Origin: a virus
Taxonomy: Duplodnaviria > Caudoviricetes
DNA: 59,701 bases
IMG/VR virus record: IMGVR_UViG_3300028592_000011
Coordinates: 1 to 59,701 of that record
Direction: 5' to 3' (one strand)
The notes beneath the pieces are model-generated. The model was not told the origin of the DNA, ran no database searches, and saw nothing but the letters and a program-made list of their open reading frames with translations. Both the position numbers and the translations under genes were made by a program. Every line of letters starts with the position of its first letter. Within the stretch, counting starts at the first letter, position 1. This document shows, piece after piece, positions 55,203 through 59,701 of the stretch.

Positions 55203-55280
55203 TGGCCGCTCCGTCCAACACCTCACGCTAACCCCTAGCATCGCGGGCGAGAGGCGGCCACCTAACATTCGGAGCCTCGC

Positions 55281-56486
55281 ATGTACTTCCACCGTTTGAT
55301 CGTGGCGGTTGCCCTGTGCCTGATCGTGACTGGCGTGGCGATCGCGGCGGAACGATCTGCGGTCCCGTCCGTCACCTATACGTTGCTACGCTCGGGCGCA
55401 TCGCTCGGGACGCATGAGTCGAAGGAGTCGTGCGACATCGCGCTCCAGGCACAGCGGACAATCGATGCAACGAGGACATCCGGACAGATCCGCTACGTCT
55501 GCCGGACCGATGAGGCGTTAACCGTTCAGTACGGGCCGAACCCGACCTGCCCGGCGCTGCCAGCACCGCAAGGGCGTGTTGTTGATTGTCCCGCAGGGTT
55601 CATCGGCGCATACACGCAGACGCTGTCCTATACGCGCGCCTCGTATCCAACTTGCGCCATTCCTGGCCAATGGACGCCCGCTGAGCCGCCGGCCGGCATC
55701 TGTGTTCCTGTTCCGCCGCCCGAGCCCGAGGATCTGCCGCCGCCAGCGAATGTCCGCGCCCAAGGCATAAGCACGAGCGCGATCCGTGTTACTTGGGATG
55801 CGGTCACCGGCGCTTCGGCATATTCGCTTGAGCGCTGCATCGGCGCGACGTGCGCCGGGTTCTCGCAGTTGCTGTGTGTGCCGGGCCTGAGTGGCAATCA
55901 CTCCGGTCTGCCGGCCAATCTCACCGCCCGATATCGCGTTCGCGGCTCGCGTGATGCTGCCTGCGGTACCGCCGCCGGCAACCTCGGCGAGTACAGCGCG
56001 GTCGTCAGCGGCACGACGTTGAGCGCGCCGGCACCGACGCCGGTCAATTGCGCCGTCAGTGCGTGGAGTGCTTGGAGCGCGGGTGCCTGGTCGGCCTGTA
56101 GCGGTGGCCAGCAGTCGCGGACCGAAACACGCACGCGCACGGTGACGACGCAGCCTGCGAATGGTGGCACTGCCTGCCCGGCGTTGATCGAGACGCGGAC
56201 CACGACGCAGGCGTGCAGCTTGCCGGCGACTGGCACGGCGACGCTCCCGTGGACCGCGCCGACGCACAACACGGACGGATCAGTGCTCACTGACTTGGCG
56301 GGCTACCGAGTGGTGTGGGGCCAAGATCCAAACGCGCTGACCAATGTGCAGCAGGTTGGGCCTGCAGTCGGAACCTACACCGTCACCGAGCTATCACCGG
56401 GCACTTGGTATCTGGCGGTGAAGGCATTCAGCGCCAGCGGTCGCGAATCCGACTTGTCGGCAGTGAGATCAAAGGTCATTCGCTGA
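55281..56486 (+). CDS. Secreted Cys-rich protein: signal peptide, FN3, thrombospondin type-1 repeat, FN3
   Basis: Signal peptide; PP.NV...S..I.VTW and WTAP...DG...L.GY.V.W FN3 motifs; C.VS.WS.WS...RTRTV...P.NGG..CP.L.E. Confidence 0.8.
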   Translation: MYFHRLIVAVALCLIVTGVAIAAERSAVPSVTYTLLRSGASLGTHESKESCDIALQAQRTIDATRTSGQIRYVCRTDEALTVQYGPNPTCPALPAPQGRVVDCPAGFIGAYTQTLSYTRASYPTCAIPGQWTPAEPPAGICVPVPPPEPEDLPPPANVRAQGISTSAIRVTWDAVTGASAYSLERCIGATCAGFSQLLCVPGLSGNHSGLPANLTARYRVRGSRDAACGTAAGNLGEYSAVVSGTTLSAPAPTPVNCAVSAWSAWSAGAWSACSGGQQSRTETRTRTVTTQPANGGTACPALIETRTTTQACSLPATGTATLPWTAPTHNTDGSVLTDLAGYRVVWGQDPNALTNVQQVGPAVGTYTVTELSPGTWYLAVKAFSASGRESDLSAVRSKVIR

Positions 56487-56490
56487 TTTC

Positions 56491-56715
56491 GTGATGACGT
56501 ACTACGAGCATCGAAAGCTGAGTGATTGCGAATATCTCACGCAGCTGTTCGCGGCTCACACCTCGACAACCAAAGCAGCGGCGGCGGCTGGTGTGAACCG
56601 AACCACGCTCTATAAGATTGCCGCTCGCTGCGGTTTCAGCATGCCTCAACGGCCAGCGGGCAACCGCGGCACTGAAGCCTGGCAGCGCCTCACCGCTGAG
56701 TCTCGGGCGCACTGA
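56491..56715 (+). CDS. Fis-like HTH protein
   Basis: TKAA..AGVNRTTLYK. Confidence 0.65.
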   Translation: MMTYYEHRKLSDCEYLTQLFAAHTSTTKAAAAAGVNRTTLYKIAARCGFSMPQRPAGNRGTEAWQRLTAESRAH

Positions 56716-57983
56716 TGGCCTGGGAAGACGTAACCGCCAGCTTCTCGGAGATGCCCGCGGAGCTGGGCGGCACCGATGGCCGCAAGGTCATGCTGGATAT
56801 CCCCAGCGAGGATTGGGGCGAGCAGGTAGGCACAGGCGCGTCAGCAACGCGTATCGTTGGTGGCGCCTTCGACGGATCAGACTCGATTCGACTGGTCCCG
56901 CCGACGGTTGACGAGAGCTACGCTTGTATCCTGCGGTTTCTGGACCTCAGTGACGGCGGCGACAAAGACGTTGCGCAGGTCAACCTCGGCTTCTGCATCA
57001 AGGCAGGCCCCACGTATTGGAGCCTTGCAGGTGAGGATAAGCTGACCGGCGTTCAGGCGAGCACCACGGTAGGTGGCGAACCGAACGCCTCGCTATCTCG
57101 TGCGGCCATCTTCGATGCGCACAAGGCGCCCGGTGATGACCGGCGCCTGTACTCGATCACGGCAACCACCGTTGCAAGCTATCATCAACCGCCCTCGGGA
57201 ACCTTCCCGGACACGGGCGATGACGAAGATAAGTTGCTCATCCTAGGCAACACCTCGGATCATGACAACGATCCGCCGCTGGTCAACTCCGAGTGGCTGT
57301 ACTTCGAGCAAGAGGTCGACTACCGGCAGGACCGCGGTAACGCGAACGGCCGCAACCGATTGGATGTCTGGTCGCGCGACGGATATCTGGGATATCTCGA
57401 GATCCCGCTGAGCTGGCGTGAAACCGGACCAGATCCAGACGGCGATCCGTGGGACTTCTCATATCGCTATGCCCGGGTCATTGAGTTCATCGGTGGCTAC
57501 TGGAACGATCAAGCCACACCTGACGAGGACAACTATCTCGAGCTGTCGCACGTCATCGTCGCGGTCAACCGGGCGAAGGACGCGCGGATTGGGCCGCCGG
57601 AGGAGTTCACGGAGGGTGAGGACCCAGATCCGGATCCGGACACGACGCCGAATGCGTTTTCGTTCACGGACCAGACCGGTGTCGCGCGCTCAAGCACGAT
57701 CACCTCAGCGCCGGTCACGATCACGGGCATCGATGCTACCGTTACGTTCGATGCAACAGGTGGGACAATCGATGTCAACGGAGACGGTGATTTCCAAACA
57801 TCTCGCGATGTGACGAACGGTGATCAGATCAGGGCTCGGCATACGAGCAGCGCCAGTTACCTCACTGCGGTCAATACATTGGTTGAGGGTGGCGGCGTCT
57901 CGGACACGTTCACCAGTACGACCTTGGAAGAAGGCGAGGTCATCCCTCCAGCCTATCGATGGTTCAGAGTGCCCCGCAGATGA
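56715..57983 (+). CDS. Acidic beta-rich protein with C-terminal DTTP..F.F.D domain (virion/adhesin candidate)
   Basis: Jelly-roll-like N-part, DP linker, Thr-rich C-domain. Confidence 0.6.
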   Translation: MAWEDVTASFSEMPAELGGTDGRKVMLDIPSEDWGEQVGTGASATRIVGGAFDGSDSIRLVPPTVDESYACILRFLDLSDGGDKDVAQVNLGFCIKAGPTYWSLAGEDKLTGVQASTTVGGEPNASLSRAAIFDAHKAPGDDRRLYSITATTVASYHQPPSGTFPDTGDDEDKLLILGNTSDHDNDPPLVNSEWLYFEQEVDYRQDRGNANGRNRLDVWSRDGYLGYLEIPLSWRETGPDPDGDPWDFSYRYARVIEFIGGYWNDQATPDEDNYLELSHVIVAVNRAKDARIGPPEEFTEGEDPDPDPDTTPNAFSFTDQTGVARSSTITSAPVTITGIDATVTFDATGGTIDVNGDGDFQTSRDVTNGDQIRARHTSSASYLTAVNTLVEGGGVSDTFTSTTLEEGEVIPPAYRWFRVPRR

Positions 57984-58471
57984 CCGAATGTATCGCCAAG
58001 ATCAAAGCCTGTCAGGGTGATCAGGCCAAGCTCGACTATGCGTTCGACCTGACCGAGCGTTTCGCGATTCCGCGGCAGCCGAACCATCCGTACGCGGAGA
58101 GCGCCTGCGTGCGGCCGACCGAGGGCGAAACAGGGCGTCAGTATCGCTCAAGCGGTGGCGTCACCAACGGTGATGACTTCGAACCGCAATGGCCGGCAGA
58201 GGATGGCGGCGAGGTTGTTGACGGCTCACTCACGTGGACCGGTGAGGACATCACGTTCGAGAGCCTGCGCTACCGGATCGACAGCGTCGAATGGACTGCG
58301 CCGGATGGCATCACGCTCTCGGATGAACTGGTCATCGATCAGCCAGCACTGCAGGAGGCGCGAGTCACCGTGGCAGGTGGTGTCGCCGGCCAGAAGTACC
58401 GCATCGTCGGCGTGGTCACGACCACGACTGGCCTCGAGTACGAAGTGCGGATTGAGTTGAAGGTGAAGTGA
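57980..58471 (+). CDS. Phage fibre-adaptor-like protein
   Basis: LDY.FD ... GG..G..Y.I...V.T..G with an inserted EP.WP....V.DG..TW module. Confidence 0.55.
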   Translation: MTECIAKIKACQGDQAKLDYAFDLTERFAIPRQPNHPYAESACVRPTEGETGRQYRSSGGVTNGDDFEPQWPAEDGGEVVDGSLTWTGEDITFESLRYRIDSVEWTAPDGITLSDELVIDQPALQEARVTVAGGVAGQKYRIVGVVTTTTGLEYEVRIELKVK

Positions 58472-58618
58472 TGCGAAACTTTGAGCAGGTCCAGCAGCCT
58501 CTCGGCCATGCTAGCCAAGCTGAGTACGCGATCACGTTGCCGGCGAGCGGGGACCGGATCACTGCCACATCTATAGCTTTAGGTGTATGCGGCGGGTCAA
58601 TCGCCGGGTCATCCACCC

Positions 58619-58780
58619 ATGGATGACCTCACCCAAGCCCTCACGCGCCTCGCTGAAGCAATCGAACGCCAGGCCCAGTCCATCGACACCCTGGCCCACG
58701 TCATCGCATCTCAGTATGTAGAGGATGATGAGGGCGCGCAGTCGGATACGTATCTGGACGGAACGCCGATTCCCAGCTAG
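58619..58780 (+). CDS. Hypothetical protein
   Basis: Coiled coil plus C-terminal YLDGTP. Confidence 0.55.
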   Translation: MDDLTQALTRLAEAIERQAQSIDTLAHVIASQYVEDDEGAQSDTYLDGTPIPS

Positions 58781-59199
58781 TCGCGCTTCGGCCAGAACGG
58801 GTTCAGATCGCAGCACCCGCTGTCCTTGGCGCCAACGCAGTTACAGTAGTCCGGGAAGCACCCGGCATAGTTCTCGTCACGGTCGGTCGCGACGATGAGT
58901 TGATCGACGCTACGAGCGCGGATGTACTCGGCCAGAGCCTTGCCGTTCTCGGTCAACCACCCGTGGCGCGGTGAAGTGCCGTAGTCGATTACGCCAGCGT
59001 GGCCAAAGGCACTGATGAGGAGCCATGCAACCTGCGGGCTGCAGCCCGACTCCAGGGTCTCGTAGCTATAGCGCCCATCGATTGAGACGGAGCAAAAGAA
59101 GTTGCGTAGAGCCTGGAACACATGCGGCTCGCCAGTTCCATAGCCGTAGCCGAACACGTGCGATTCCCAGTCGGTGAAGTAGTCATCTATCGTCTTCAT
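58777..59199 (-). CDS. Hypothetical protein, antisense to late operon
   Basis: FG.GYGTG, IDYGTS...GWLT, Cys-rich tail. Confidence 0.6.
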   Translation of the reverse strand: MKTIDDYFTDWESHVFGYGYGTGEPHVFQALRNFFCSVSIDGRYSYETLESGCSPQVAWLLISAFGHAGVIDYGTSPRHGWLTENGKALAEYIRARSVDQLIVATDRDENYAGCFPDYCNCVGAKDSGCCDLNPFWPKRD

Positions 59200-59217
59200 A
59201 GATCGCGAGCGTAAGTT

Positions 59218-59580
59218 GTGCCATCTCTGCTACGCAACCATCGCGCACCGTCACACAGCGGTAGGCAGCACACACCTCGACGGGATGCAGGCCAGCGGAC
59301 GCGCAAGCGCTTCTATGACTCGGCACTATGGCAGCAGACCCGAGAGGCAAAGCTGCGCCGTGATCCGTTCTGCCAGTGCTGTGCGGTCGATGAGATCGTG
59401 ATCGAGGCAAGGCACGTCGACCACTGGACGCCACTGGCTCAGGGTGGCCACCCGACAGCCGATGACAACCTCGTATCGATGTGCGTTCCATGCCACTCGC
59501 GCAAGACCCTGGCCGAGCAGGCAGGGACGGCGCTGCCACGCGTCATGCCGAGCCGGCCGCGTTGCATTGCGATTGCGTGA
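59218..59580 (+). CDS. HNH endonuclease (HK97 gp74-like packaging cofactor)
   Basis: FY.S..W, P.C..C, VDH..P...GG....NL...C..CH.RKT; upstream of terS on the circular map. Confidence 0.88.
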   Translation: MPSLLRNHRAPSHSGRQHTPRRDAGQRTRKRFYDSALWQQTREAKLRRDPFCQCCAVDEIVIEARHVDHWTPLAQGGHPTADDNLVSMCVPCHSRKTLAEQAGTALPRVMPSRPRCIAIA

Positions 59581-59701
59581 GAGTGGTGCGATGCACGGTA
59601 TACCAAACGTCAAGGAAAACTTGATTTGACACTTCGATGCGGCAGCGAAGCAGTCGCGGTGCAATATGGTGCGAGGCGGCGGGGGGAAGTACGTATTGCG
59701 C

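Larger units (their letters stand above)
1..59701. mobile_element. Near-complete temperate siphophage genome (HK97-like head, lambda-like int/xis and immunity region)
   Basis: All phage modules are present in one circularly consistent order (terS first, HNH last) and no host housekeeping flank is visible. Confidence 0.93.

Overview
The window looks like an essentially complete ~59.7 kb GC-rich temperate siphophage genome with a probable Proteobacterial host. It opens just before terS and ends just after a gp74-like HNH gene, so cos probably lies at the junction. Order of modules: HK97-type head (protease, capsid, portal, collagen-like protein); neck and tail genes with a -1 frameshift chaperone and a GTA-like tail tip; GH19 lysis cassette; attP/int/xis; a long leftward early operon (Lar, NinB, YqaJ exonuclease, ERF, tRNA-Glu, TnpB); a cI/cro switch; replication genes with RdgC; a Q-like regulator and late genes. 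Most notable: (1) a six-enzyme cassette woven into the neck operon (two Maf/sialyltransferase-like paralogs, ATP-grasp ligase, SAM methyltransferase, GDPD, GT-A glycosyltransferase), a candidate virion-modification pathway; (2) a transposase-less TnpB with a rearranged RuvC site as second gene of the early operon; (3) a TGT/DpdA-like plus QueF-like pair, a candidate 7-deazaguanine DNA modification system; (4) a secreted FN3-thrombospondin-FN3 protein as first late gene; (5) a multibranched ~108-nt structured RNA downstream of int; (6) matching asymmetric operators at PL and PR. All family calls come from motifs recognised by eye; no database searches were run.
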